A stretch of DNA of 64,000 nucleotides from contig OZ059895.1 of the NCBI GenBank assembly GCA_964057225.1, positions 9,982,001 to 10,046,000 of the forward strand, written 5' to 3'. This document shows positions 15,001-30,000 of the stretch, piece by piece; positions within the stretch are counted from its first letter, which is position 1, and every line of letters begins with the position of its first letter. A program made the position numbers and the translations under genes. The DNA is from Auanema rhodensis. Its lineage: Eukaryota > Animalia > Nematoda. The notes under the pieces were generated by a model, which saw only the letters and a list, made by a program, of their open reading frames with translations, searched no databases and was not told the DNA's origin.

Positions 15001-18000
15001 TGGATAGCTCAACCAAAGGAAAGCAAATTATCTTCAATTTTATTTCTATATTACAGTTATAAACCAGTAGGTAATGAAAATTCATCTTGAATTTACTGTT
15101 TCTATCTATTTCCTATCAAAACAAACATTGTTTAAACACTATGCAACTATGAAACCTTTCTTAATTTATTGTATTTGGAGCTCATAAGATTTGATATCAT
15201 TGAGGGATACAGATGAAACGTGGAAAATTACATAACTAACATGAAATTAGAAAAAAAAACTATAACGGGGATGAGTATGTTAACCATTGAATATCAGATA
15301 TTTTCGCTTACGACCATACCACGTTGAAAGTACGCCATACAGCTGATTTTCAATTTTATCTCTTCCGTAACAAATGTTTTCAATTTTCAAGCAGTTTTAC
15401 TTAGATAGCTCAACCAAAGGAGAGCAAATTATCTTCAATCTTTTTTTTATATTACAGTTATAAACCAGTAGTTATTAAACCTTCATCTTAACTTTCCTGT
15501 TTCTATCTATTTCCTATCAAAACAAACATTATTTAAACATTATGCAACTATGAAACCTTTTTTAATTTATTGTATTTGAAGCTCATAAGAATTGATATCA
15601 TTGAGGGATCCAGATGAAACGTGGAAAATTACATAACTAAAATGAAATTGGAGAAAAAACTATAACAAGGATAAGTAGGTAAACCATTGAATATCAGATA
15701 TTTTCGCTTACGACTATACCACGTTAAAAGTACGCCATACAGCTGATTTTCAAATTTATCTCTTCCGTAACAAATGTTTTCAATTTTCAAGCACTTTTAC
15801 TTGGATAGCTCAACCAAAGGAAAGCAAATTATCTTCAATTTTATTTCTATATTACAGTTATAAACCAGTAGGTAATGAACCTTTATCTTGACTTTACTGT
15901 TTCTATCCATTTCCTTTCGAAACAAACATTGTTTAAACACTATACTACTGTGAAACCTTTTTTTATTTATTGTATTTGGAGCTCATAAAATTTGATATCA
16001 TCGAGGGATCCAGATGGAACGTGGAAAATTACATAACTAACATGAAATTGGAAAAAAAAACTATAACGGGGATAAGTATGTTAACGATTGAATATCAGAT
16101 ATTTTCGCTTACGACCATACCACCTTGAAAGTACGCCATGCAACTGATTTTCAATTTTATCTTTTCCGTAACAAATGTTTTCAATTTTCAAACAGTTTTA
16201 CTTAGATAGCTCAACCAAGGGAAAGCAAATTATCTTCAATTTTATTTCTATATTACAGTTATAAACCAGTAGGTAATGAACCTTCATCTTGACTTTACTG
16301 TTTCTATCCATTTCCTATCGAAACAAACATTGTTCAAACACTATGCAACTATGAAACCTTTTTTAATTTATTGTATTTGGAGCTCATAAAATTTGATATC
16401 ATTGAGGAATCCAGATGAAACGTGGAAAATTACATAACTAACATGAAATTGGAAAAAAAACTATAACGAGGATAAGTAGGTAAACCATCGAATATCAGAT
16501 ATTTTGGCTTACGACCATACCACGTTAAAAGTACGCCATACAGCTGATTTTCAATTTCATCTCTTCCGTAATAAATGTTTTCAATTTTCAAGCAGTTTAA
16601 TTTAGATAGCTCCACCAAAGAAGAGCAGAATATCTTCAATCTTATTTCCATATTACAGTCATAAACCAGTAGGTAATAAAACTTCATCTTGAATTTACTG
16701 TTTCTATCTACTTCCTATCGAAACAAACATTGTTTAAACACTATACAACTGTAAAACCTTTTTTAATTTATTGTATTTGAAGCTCATAAGATTTGATATC
16801 ATCGAGGGATCCAGATGGAAGGTGGAAAATTACATAACTAACATGAAATTGGAAAAAAAACTATAACGGGGATAAGTATGTTAACGATTGAATATCAGAT
16901 ATTTTCGCTTACGACCATACCACGTTGAAAGTACGCCATGCAACTGATTTTCAATTTTATCTTTTCCGTAACAAATGTTTTCAATTTTCAAGCACTTTTA
17001 CTTAGATAGCTCAACCAAAGCAAAGCAAATTATCTTCAATTTTATTTCTATATTACAGTTATAAACCAGTAGTTAATGAAAATTCATCTTGAATTTACTG
17101 TTTCTATCTATTTCCTATCAAAACAAACATTGTTTAAACACTATGCAACTATGAAACCTTTCTTAATTTATTGTATTTGGAGCTCATAAGATTTGATATC
17201 ATTGAGGGATACAGATGAAACGTGGAAAATTACATAACTAACATGAAATTAGAAAAAAAAACTATAACGGGGATGAGTATGTTAACCATTGAATATCAGA
17301 TATTTTCGCTTACGACCATACCACGTTGAAAGTACGCCATACAGCTGATTTTCAATTTTATCTCTTCCGTAACAAATGTTTTCAATTTTCAAGCAGTTTT
17401 ACTTAGATAGCTCAACCAAAGGAGAGCAAATTATCTTCAATCTTTTTTTTATATTACAGTTATAAACCAGTAGTTATTAAACCTTCATCTTAACTTTCCT
17501 GTTTCTATCTATTTCCTATCAAAACAAACATTATTTAAACATTATGCAACTATGAAACCTTTTTTAATTTATTGTATTTGAAGCTCATAAGAATTGATAT
17601 CATTGAGGGATCCAGATGAAACGTGGAAAATTACATAACTAAAATGAAATTGGAGAAAAAACTATAACAAGGATAAGTAGGTAAACCATTGAATATCAGA
17701 TATTTTCGCTTACGACTATACCACGTTAAAAGTACACCATACAGCTGATTTTCAAATTTATCTCTTCCGTAACAAATGTTTTCAATTTTCAAGCACTTTT
17801 ACTTGGATAGCTCAACCAAAGGAAAGCAAATTATCTTCAATTTTATTTCTATATTACAGTTATAAACCAGTAGGTAATGAACCTTTATCTTGACTTTACT
17901 GTTTCTATCCATTTCCTTTCGAAACAAACATTGTTTAAACACTATACTACTGTGAAACCTTTTTTTATTTATTGTATTTGGAGCTCATAAAATTTGATAT

Positions 18001-21000
18001 CATCGAGGGATCCAGATGGAACGTGGAAAATTACATAACTAACATGAAATTGGAAAAAAAACTATAACGGGGATAAGTATGTTAACGATTGAATATCAGA
18101 TATTTTCGCTTACGACCATACCACCTTGAAAGTACGCCATGCAACTGATTTTCAATTTTATCTTTTCCGTAACAAATGTTTTCAATTTTCAAACAGTTTT
18201 ACTTAGATAGCTCAACCAAGGGAAAGCAAATTATCTTCAATTTTATTTCTATATTACAGTTATAAACCAGTAGGTAATGAACCTTCATCTTGACTTTACT
18301 GTTTCTATCCATTTCCTATCGAAACAAACATTGTTCAAACACTATGCAACTATGAAACCTTTTTTAATTTATTGTATTTGGAGCTCATAAAATTTGATAT
18401 CATTGAGGAATCCAGATGAAACGTGGAAAATTACATAACTAACATGAAATTGGAAAAAAAACTATAACGAGGATAAGTAGGTAAACCATCGAATATCAGA
18501 TATTTTGGCTTACGACCATACCACGTTAAAAGTACGCCATACAGCTGATTTTCAATTTTATCTCTTCCGTAATAAATGTTTTCAATTTTCAAGCAGTTTA
18601 ATTTAGATAGCTCCACCAAAGAAGAGCAGAATATCTTCAATCTTATTTCCATATTACAGTCATAAACCAGTAGGTAATAAAACTTCATCTTGAATTTACT
18701 GTTTCTATCTACTTCCTATCGAAACAAACATTGTTTAAACACTATACAACTGTAAAACCTTTTTTAATTTATTGTATTTGAAGCTCATAAGATTTGATAT
18801 CATCGAGGGATCCAGATGGAAGGTGGAAAATTACATAACTAACATGAAATTGGAAAAAAAACTATAACGGGGATAAGTATGTTAACGATTGAATATCAGA
18901 TATTTTCGCTTACGACCATACCACGTTGAAAGTACGCCATGCAACTGATTTTCAATTTTATCTTTTCCGTAACAAATGTTTTCAATTTTCAAGCACTTTT
19001 ACTTAGATAGCTCAACCAAAGCAAAGCAAATTATCTTCAATTTTATTTCTATATTACAGTTATAAACCAGTAGTTAATGAAAATTCATCTTGAATTTACT
19101 GTTCCTATCTATTTCCTATGAAAACAAACATTGTTTAAACACTATGCAACTATGAAGCCTTTCTTAATTTATTGTATTTGGAGCTCATAAGGTTTGATAT
19201 CATTGAGGGATACAGATGAAACGTGGAAAATTACATAACAACATGAAATTAGAAAAAAAAACTATAACGGGGATGAGTATGTTAACCATTGAATATCAGA
19301 TATTTTCGCTTACGACCATACCACGTTGAAAGTACGCCATACAGCTGATTTTCAATTTTATCTCTTCCGTAACAAATGTTTTCAATTTTCAAGCAGTTTT
19401 ACTTAGATAGCTCAACCAAAGGAGAGCAAATTATCTTCAATCTTTTTTTTATATTACAGTTATAAAACAGTAGTTATTGAACCTTCATCTTAACTTTCCT
19501 GTTTCTATCTATTTCCTATCAAAACAAACAGTGTTTAAACACTATGCAACTATAAAACCTTTTTTAATTTATTGTATTTGGAGCTCATAAGAATTGATAT
19601 CATTGAGGGATCCAGATGAAACGTGGAAAATTACATAACTAACATGAAATTGGAGAAAAAACTATAACAAAGATAAGCAGGTAAACCATTGAATATCAGA
19701 TATTTTCGCTCACGACTATACCACGTTAAAAGTACGCCATACAGCTGATTTTCAATTTTATCTCTTCCGTAACAAATGTTCTTAATTTTCAAGCACTTTT
19801 ACTTGGATAGCTCAACCAAAGGAAAGCAAATTATCTTCAATTTTATTTCTATATTACAGTTGTAAACCAGTAGGTAATGAACCTTCATCTTGACTTTACT
19901 GTTTCTATTCATTTCCTTTCGAAACAAACATTGTTTAAACACTATACTACTGTGAAACCTTTTTATATTTATTGTATTTGGAGCTCATAAAATTTGATAT
20001 CATCGAGGGATCCAGATGGAAGGTGGAAAATTACATAACTAACATGAAATTGGAAAAAAAACTATAACGGGGATAAGTATGTTAACGATTGAATATCAGA
20101 TATTTTCGCTTACGACCATACCACCTTGAAAGTACGCCATACAGCTGATTTTCAATTTTATCTCTTCCGTAACAAATGTTTTCAATTTTCAAGCAGTTTT
20201 ACTTAGATAGCTCAACCAAAGGAGAGCAAATTATCTTCAATCTTATTTCTATATTAAAGTTATAAACCAGTAGTTATTGAACCTTCATCTTAACTTTACT
20301 GTTTCTATCTATTTCCTATCAAAACAAACATTATTTAAACATTATACAACTATGAAACCTTTTTTAATTTATTGTATTTGGAGCTCATAAGATTTGATAT
20401 CATCGAGGGATCCAAATGGAACGTGGAAAATTACATAACTAACATGAAATTGGAAAAAAAACTATAACGGGGATAAGTATGTTAACGATTGAATATCAGA
20501 TATTTTCGCTTACGACTATACCACGTTAAAAGTACGCCATACAGCTGATTTTCAGATTTATCTCTTCCGTAACAAATGTTTTCAATTTTCAAGCACTTTT
20601 ACTTGGATAGCTCAACCAAAGGAAAGCAAATTATCTTCAATTTTATTTCTATATTACAGTTATAAACCAGTAGGTAATGAACCTTCAACCTTGACTTTAC
20701 TGTTTCCATCCATTTCCTTTCGAAACAAACATTGTTTAAACACTATACAACTGTGAAACCTTTTTTTATTTATTGTATTTGGAGCTCATAAAATTTGATA
20801 TCATCGAGGGATCCAGATGGAAGGTGGAAAATTACATAACTAACATGAAATTGGAAAAAAAACTATAACGGGGATAAGTATGTTAACGATTGAATATCAG
20901 ATATTTTCGCTTACGACCATATCACCTTGAAAGTACGCCATACAGCTGATTTTCAATTTTTTCTCTTCCGTAACAAATGTTCTCAATTTTCAAGCAGTTT

Positions 21001-24000
21001 TACTTAGATAGCTCAACCAAAGGAGAGCAAATTATCTTCAATCTTATTTCTATATTAAAGTTATAAACCAGTAGTTATTGAACCTTCATCTTAACTTTAC
21101 TGTTTCCATCTATTTCCTATCAAAACAAACATTATTTAAACATTATGCAACTATGAAACCTTTTTTAATTTATTGTATTTAGAGCTCATAAGATTTAATA
21201 TCATCGAGGGATCCAAATGGAACGTGGAAAATTACATAACTAACATGAAATTGGAAAAAAAACTATAACGAGGATAAGTAGGTAAACCATTGAATATCAG
21301 ATATTTTGGCTTACGACCATACCACGTTAAAAGTACGCCATACAGCTGATTTTCAATTTTATCTCTTCCGTAACAAATGTTTTCAATTTTCAAGCAGTTT
21401 AATTTAGATAGCTCAACCAAAGAAGTGCAAAATATCTTCAATCTTATTTCCATATTACAGTCATAAACCAGTAGGTAATAAAACTTCATCTTGAATTTAC
21501 TGTTTCTATCTATTTCCTATCGAAACAAACATTGTTTAAACACTATACAACTGTAAAACCTTCTTTAATTTATTGTATTTGAAGCTCATAAGATTTGATA
21601 TCATCGAGGGATCCAGATGGAAGGTGGAAAATTACATAACTAACATGAAATTGGAAAAAAACCATAACGAGAATAAGTAGGTAAACCATTGAATATCAGA
21701 TATTTTCTCTTACGACCATACCACGTTGAAAGTACGCCATGCAACTGATTTTCAATTTTATCTTTTCCGTAACAAATGTTTTCAATTTTCAAGCAGTTTA
21801 ATTTAGATAGCTCAACCAAAGAAGTGCAAATTATCTTCAATTTTATTTCTATATTACAGTTATAAACCAGTAGTTAATGAAAATTCATCTTGAATTTACT
21901 GTTTCTATCTATTTCCTATCAAAACAAACATTGTTTAAACACTATGCAACTATGAAACCTTTCTTAATTTATTGTATTTGGAGCTCATAAGATTTAATAT
22001 CATCGAGGGATCCAAATGGAACGTGGAAAATTACATAACTAACATGAAATTGGAAAAAAAACTATAACGAGGATAAGTAGGTAAACCATTGAATATCAGA
22101 TATTTTGGCTTACGACCATACCACGTTAAAAGTACGCCATACAGCTGATTTTCAATTTTATCTTTTCCGTAACAAATGTTTTCAATTTTCAAGCACTTTT
22201 ACTTAGATAGCTCAACCAAAGCAAAGCAAATTATCTTCAATTTTATTTCTATATTACAGTTATAAACCAGTAGTTAATGAAAATTCATCTTGAATTTACT
22301 GTTTCTATCTATTTCCTATCAAAACAAACATTGTTTAAACACTATGCAACTATGAAACCTTTCTTAATTTATTGTATTTGGAGCTCATAAGATTTAATAT
22401 CATCGAGGGATCCAAATGGAACGTGGAAAATTACATAACTAACATGAAATTGGAAAAAAAACTATAACGAGGATAAGTAGGTAAACCATTGAATATCAGA
22501 TATTTTGGCTTACGACCATACCACGTTAAAAGTACGCCATACAGCTGATTTTCAATTTTATCTTTTCCGTAACAAATGTTTTCAATTTTCAAGCACTTTT
22601 ACTTAGATAGCTCAACCAAAGCAAAGCAAATTATCTTCAATTTTATTTCTATATTACAGTTATAAACCAGTAGTTAATGAAAATTCATCTTGAATTTACT
22701 GTTTCTATCTATTTCCTATCAAAACAAACATTATTTAAACATTATACTACTGTGAAACCTTTTTTTATTTATTGTATTTGGAGCTCATAAAATTTGATAT
22801 CATCGAGGGATCCAGATGGAAGGTGGAAAATTACATAACTAACATGAAATTGGAAAAAAAACTATAACGGGGATAAGTATGTTAACGATTGAATATCAGA
22901 TATTTTCGCTTACGACGATACCACCTTGAAAGTACGCCATGCAACTGATTTTCAATTTTATCTTTTCCGTAACAAATGTTTTCAATTTTCAAGCATTTTT
23001 ACTTGGATAGCTCAACCAAACGAGAGCAAATTATCTTCAATCTTTTTTTTATATTACAGTTATAAAACAGTAGTTATTGAACCTTCATCTTGAATTTACT
23101 GTTTCTATCTATTTCCTATCGAAACAAACATTGTTTAAACACTATACAACTGTAAAACCTTTTTTAATTTATTGTATTTGAAGCTCATAAGATTTGATAT
23201 CATCGAGGGATCCAGATGGAAGGTGGAAAATTACATAACTAACATGAAATTGGAAAAAAAACCATAACGAGGATAAGTAGGTAAACCATTGAATATCAGA
23301 TATTTTCTCTTACGACCATACCACCTTGAAAGTACGCCATGCAACTGATTTTCAATTTTATCTTTTCCGTAACAAATGTTTTCAATTTTCAAGCATTTTT
23401 ACTTGGATAGCTCAACCAAACGAGAGCAAATTATCTTTAATCTTATTTCTATATTGCAGTTATAAACCAGTAGGTAATGAACCTTCGTCTTGACTTTATT
23501 GTTTTTATTTTTTTCCTATCGAAACAAACATTGTTTAAACACTATACTACTGTGAAACCTTTTTTTATTTATTGTATTTGGAGCTCATAAAATTTGATAT
23601 CATCGAGGGATCCAGATGGAAGGTGGAAAATTACATAACTAACATGAAATTGGAAAAAAAACTATAACGGGGATAAGTATGTTAACGATTGAATATCAGA
23701 TATTTTCGCTTACGACGATACCACCTTGAAAGTACGCCATGCAACTGATTTTCAATTTTATCTTTTCCGTAACAAATGTTTTCAATTTTCAAGCAGTTTT
23801 ACTTAGATAGCTCAACCAAAGGAGAGCAAATTATCTTCAATCTTTTTTTTATATTACAGTTATAAACCAGTAGTTATTAAACCTTCATCTTAACTTTCCT
23901 GTTTCTATCTATTTCCTATCAAAACAAACATTATTTAAACATTATGCAACTATGAAACCTTTTTTAATTTATTGTATTTGAAGCTCATAAGAATTGATAT

Positions 24001-27000
24001 CATTGAGGGATCCAGATGAAACGTGGAAAATTACATAACTAACATGAAATTGGAGAAAAAACTATAACAAGGATGAGTAGGTAAACCATTGAATATCAGA
24101 TATTTTCGCTTACGACTATACCACGTTAAAAGTACGCCATACAGCTGATTTTCAAATTTATCTCTTCCGTAACAAATGTTTTCAATTTTCAAGCACTTTT
24201 ACTTGGATAGCTCAACCAAAGGAAAGCAAATTATCTTCAATTTTATTTCTATATTACAGTTATAAACCAGTAGGTAATGAAAATTCATCTTGAATTTACT
24301 GTTTCTATCTATTTCCTATCAAAACAAACATTGTTTAAACACTATGCAACTATGAAACCTTTCTTAATTTATTGTATTTGGAGCTCATAAGATTTGATAT
24401 CATTGAGGGATACAGATGAAACGTGGAAAATTACATAACTAACATGAAATTAGAAAAAAAAAACTATAACGGGGATGAGTATGTTAACCATTGAATATCA
24501 GATATTTTCGCTTACGACCATACCACGTTGAAAGTACGCCATACAGCTGATTTTCAATTTTATCTCTTCCGTAACGAATGTTTTCAATTTTCAAGCAGTT
24601 TTACTTAGATAGCTCAACCAAAGGAGAGCAAATTATCTTCAATCTTTTTTTTATATTACAGTTATAAACCAGTAGTTATTAAACCTTCATCTTAACTTTC
24701 CTGTTTCTATCTATTTCCTATCAAAACAAACATTATTTAAACATTATGCAACTATGAAACCTTTTTTAATTTATTGTATTTGAAGCTCATAAGAATTGAT
24801 ATCATTGAGGGATCCAGATGAAACGTGGAAAATTACATAACTAACATGAAATTGGAGAAAAAACTATAACAAGGATAAGTAGGTAAACCATTGAATATCA
24901 GATATTTTCGCTTACGACTATACCACGTTAAAAGTACGCCATACAGCTGATTTTCAAATTTATCTCTTCCGTAACAAATGTTTTCAATTTTCAAGCACTT
25001 TTACTTGGATAGCTCAACCAAAGGAAAGCAAATTATCTTCAATTTTATTTCTATATTACAGTTATAAACCAGTAGGTAATGAACCTTTATCTTGACTTTA
25101 CTGTTTCTATCCATTTCCTTTCGAAACAAACATTATTTAAACATTATGCAACTATGAAACCTTTTTTAATTTATTGTATTTGGAGCTCATAAAATTTGAT
25201 ATCATCGAGGGATCCAGATGGAACGTGGAAAATTACATAACTAACATGAAATTGGAGAAAAAACTATAACAAGGATAAGTAGGTAAACCATTGAATATCA
25301 GATATTTTCGCTTACGACTATACCACGTTAAAAGTACGCCATGCAACTGATTTTCAATTTTATCTCTTCCGTAACAAATGTTTTCAATTTTCAAGCACTT
25401 TTACTTGGATAGCTCAACCAAAGGAAAGCAAATTATCTTCAATTTTATTTCTATATTACAGTTATAAACCAGTAGGTAATGAACCTTTATCTTGACTTTA
25501 CTGTTTCTATCCATTTCCTTTCGAAACAAACATTGTTTAAACACTATACTACTGTGAAACCTTTTTTTATTTATTGTATTTGGAGCTCATAAAATTTGAT
25601 ATCATCGAGGGATCCAGATGGAACGTGGAAAATTACATAACTAACATGAAATTGGAAAAAAAACTATAACGGGGATAAGTATGTTAACGATTGAATATCA
25701 GATATTTTCGCTTACGACGATACCACCTTGAAAGTACGCCATGCAACTGATTTTCAATTTTATCTCTTCCGTAACAAATGTTTTCAATTTTCAAGCAGTT
25801 TAATTTAGATAGCTCAACCAAAGAAGTGCAAAATATCTTCAATCTTATTTCCATATTACAGTCATAAACCAGTAGGTAATAAAACTTCATCTTGAATTTA
25901 CTGTTTCTATCTATTTCCTATCGAAACAAACATTGTTTAAACACTATACAACTGTAAAACCTTTTTTAATTTATTGTATTTGAAGCTCATAAGATTTGAT
26001 ATCATCGAGGGATCCAGATGGAAGGTGGAAAATTACATAACTAACATGAAATTGGAAAAAAAACCATAACGAGGATAAGTAGGTAAACCATTGAATATCA
26101 GATATTTTCTCTTACGACCATACCACGTTGAAAGTACGCCATGCAACTGATTTTCAATTTTATCTTTTCCGTAACAAATGTTTTCAATTTTCAAGCACTT
26201 TTACTTAGATAGCTCAACCAAAGCAAAGCAAATTATCTTCAATTTTATTTCTATATTACAGTTATAAACCAGTAGTTAATGAAAATTCATCTTGAATTTA
26301 CTGTTTCTATCTATTTCCTATCAAAACAAACATTGTTTAAACACTATGCAACTATGAAACCTTTCTTAATTTATTGTATTTGGAGCTCATAAGATTTAAT
26401 ATCATCGAGGGATCCAAATGGAACGTGGAAAATTACATAACTAACATGAAATTGGAAAAAAAACTATAACGAGGATAAGTAGGTAAACCATTGAATATCA
26501 GATATTTTGGCTTACGACCATACCACGTTAAAAGTACGCCATACAGCTGATTTTCAATTTTATCTTTTCCGTAACAAATGTTTTCAATTTTCAAGCACTT
26601 TTACTTAGATAGCTCAACCAAAGCAAAGCAAATTATCTTCAATTTTATTTCTATATTACAGTTATAAACCAGTAGTTAATGAAAATTCATCTTGAATTTA
26701 CTGTTTCTATCTATTTCCTATCAAAACAAACATTGTTTAAACACTATGCAACTATGAAACCTTTCTTAATTTATTGTATTTGGAGCTCATAAGATTTGAT
26801 ATCATTGAGGGATACAGATGAAACGTGGAAAATTACATAACTAACATGAAATTAGAAAAAAAAACTATAACGGGGATGAGTATGTTAACCATTGAATATC
26901 AGATATTTTCGCTTACGACCATACCACGTTGAAAGTACGCCATACAGCTGATTTTCAATTTTATCTCTTCCGTAACAAATGTTTTCAATTTTCAAGCAGT

Positions 27001-30000
27001 TTTACTTAGATAGCTCAACCAAAGGAGAGCAAATTATCTTCAATCTTTTTTTTATATTATAGTTATAAACCAGTAGTTATTAAACCTTCATCTTAACTTT
27101 CCTGTTTCTATCTATTTCCTATCAAAACAAACATTATTTAAACATTATGCAACTATGAAACCTTTTTTAATTTATTGTATTTGAAGCTCATAAGAATTGA
27201 TATCATTGAGGGATCCAGATGAAACGTGGAAAATTACATAACTAACATGAAATTGGAGAAAAAACTATAACAAGGATAAGTAGGTAAACCATTGAATATC
27301 AGATATTTTCGCTTACGACTATACCACGTTAAAAGTACGCCATACAGCTGATTTTCAAATTTATCTCTTCCGTAACAAATGTTTTCAATTTTCAAGCACT
27401 TTTACTTGGATAGCTCAACCAAAGGAAAGCAAATTATCTTCAATTTTATTTCTATATTACAGTTATAAACCAGTAGGTAATGAACCTTTATCTTGACTTT
27501 ACTGTTTCTATCCATTTCCTTTCGAAACAAACATTGTTTAAACACTATACTACTGTGAAACCTTTTTTTATTTATTGTATTTGGAGCTCATAAAATTTGA
27601 TATCATCGAGGGATCCAGATGGAAGGTGGAAAATTACATAACTAACATGAAATTGGAAAAAAAACTATAACGGGGATAAGTATGTTAACGATTGAATATC
27701 AGATATTTTCGCTTACGACGATACCACCTTGAAAGTACGCCATGCAACTGATTTTCAATTTTATCTTTTCCGTAACAAATGTTTTCAATTTTCAAGCAGT
27801 TTTACTTAGATAGCTCAACCAAAGGAGAGCAAATTATCTTCAATCTTTTTTTTATATTACAGTTATAAACCAGTAGTTATTAAACCTTCATCTTAACTTT
27901 CCTGTTTCTATCTATTTCCTATCAAAACAAACATTATTTAAACATTATGCAACTATGAAACCTTTTTTAATTTATTGTATTTGAAGCTCATAAGAATTGA
28001 TATCATTGAGGGATCCAGATGAAACGTGGAAAATTACATAACTAACATGAAATTGGAGAAAAAACTATAACAAGGATGAGTAGGTAAACCATTGAATATC
28101 AGATATTTTCGCTTACGACTATACCACGTTAAAAGTACGCCATACAGCTGATTTTCAAATTTATCTCTTCCGTAACAAATGTTTTCAATTTTCAAGCACT
28201 TTTACTTGGATAGCTCAACCAAAGGAAAGCAAATTATCTTCAATTTTATTTCTATATTACAGTTATAAACCAGTAGGTAATGAAAATTCATCTTGAATTT
28301 ACTGTTTCTATCTATTTCCTATCAAAACAAACATTGTTTAAACACTATGCAACTATGAAACCTTTCTTAATTTATTGTATTTGGAGCTCATAAGATTTGA
28401 TATCATTGAGGGATACAGATGAAACGTGGAAAATTACATAACTAACATGAAATTAGAAAAAAAAAACTATAACGGGGATGAGTATGTTAACCATTGAATA
28501 TCAGATATTTTCGCTTACGACCATACCACGTTGAAAGTACGCCATACAGCTGATTTTCAATTTTATCTCTTCCGTAACGAATGTTTTCAATTTTCAAGCA
28601 GTTTTACTTAGATAGCTCAACCAAAGGAGAGCAAATTATCTTCAATCTTTTTTTTATATTACAGTTATAAACCAGTAGTTATTAAACCTTCATCTTAACT
28701 TTCCTGTTTCTATCTATTTCCTATCAAAACAAACATTATTTAAACATTATGCAACTATGAAACCTTTTTTAATTTATTGTATTTGAAGCTCATAAGAATT
28801 GATATCATTGAGGGATCCAGATGAAACGTGGAAAATTACATAACTAACATGAAATTGGAGAAAAAACTATAACAAGGATGAGTAGGTAAACCATTGAATA
28901 TCAGATATTTTCGCTTACGACTATACCACGTTAAAAGTACGCCATACAGCTGATTTTCAATTTTATCTTTTCCGTAACAAATGTTTTCAATTTTCAAGCA
29001 CTTTTACTTAGATAGCTCAACCAAAGCAAAGCAAATTATCTTCAATTTTATTTCTATATTACAGTTATAAACCAGTAGTTAATGAAAATTCATCTTGAAT
29101 TTACTGTTTCTATCTATTTCCTATCAAAACAAACATTGTTTAAACACTATGCAACTATGAAACCTTTCTTAATTTATTGTATTTGGAGCTCATAAGATTT
29201 GATATCATTGAGGGATACAGATGAAACGTGGAAAATTACATAACTAACATGAAATTAGAAAAAAAAACTATAACGGGGATGAGTATGTTAACCATTGAAT
29301 ATCAGATATTTTCGCTTACGACCATACCACGTTGAAAGTACGCCATACAGCTGATTTTCAATTTTATCTCTTCCGTAACAAATGTTTTCAATTTTCAAGC
29401 AGTTTTACTTAGATAGCTCAACCAAAGGAGAGCAAATTATCTTCAATCTTTTTTTTATATTATAGTTATAAACCAGTAGTTATTAAACCTTCATCTTCAC
29501 TTTCCTGTTTCTATCTATTTCCTATCAAAACAAACATTATTTAAACATTATGCAACTATGAAACCTTTTTTAATTTATTGTATTTGAAGCTCATAAGAAT
29601 TGATATCATTGAGGGATCCAGATGAAACGTGGAAAATTACATAACTAACATGAAATTGGAGAAAAAACTATAACAAGGATAAGTAGGTAAACCATTGAAT
29701 ATCAGATATTTTCGCTTACGACTATACCACGTTAAAAGTACGCCATACAGCTGATTTTCAAATTTATCTCTTCCGTAACAAATGTTTTCAATTTTCAAGC
29801 ACTTTTACTTGGATAGCTCAACCAAAGGAAAGCAAATTATCTTCAATTTTATTTCTATATTACAGTTATAAACCAGTAGGTAATGAACCTTTATCTTGAC
29901 TTTACTGTTTCTATCCATTTCCTTTCGAAACAAACATTGTTTAAACACTATACTACTGTGAAACCTTTTTTTATTTATTGTATTTGGAGCTCATAAAATT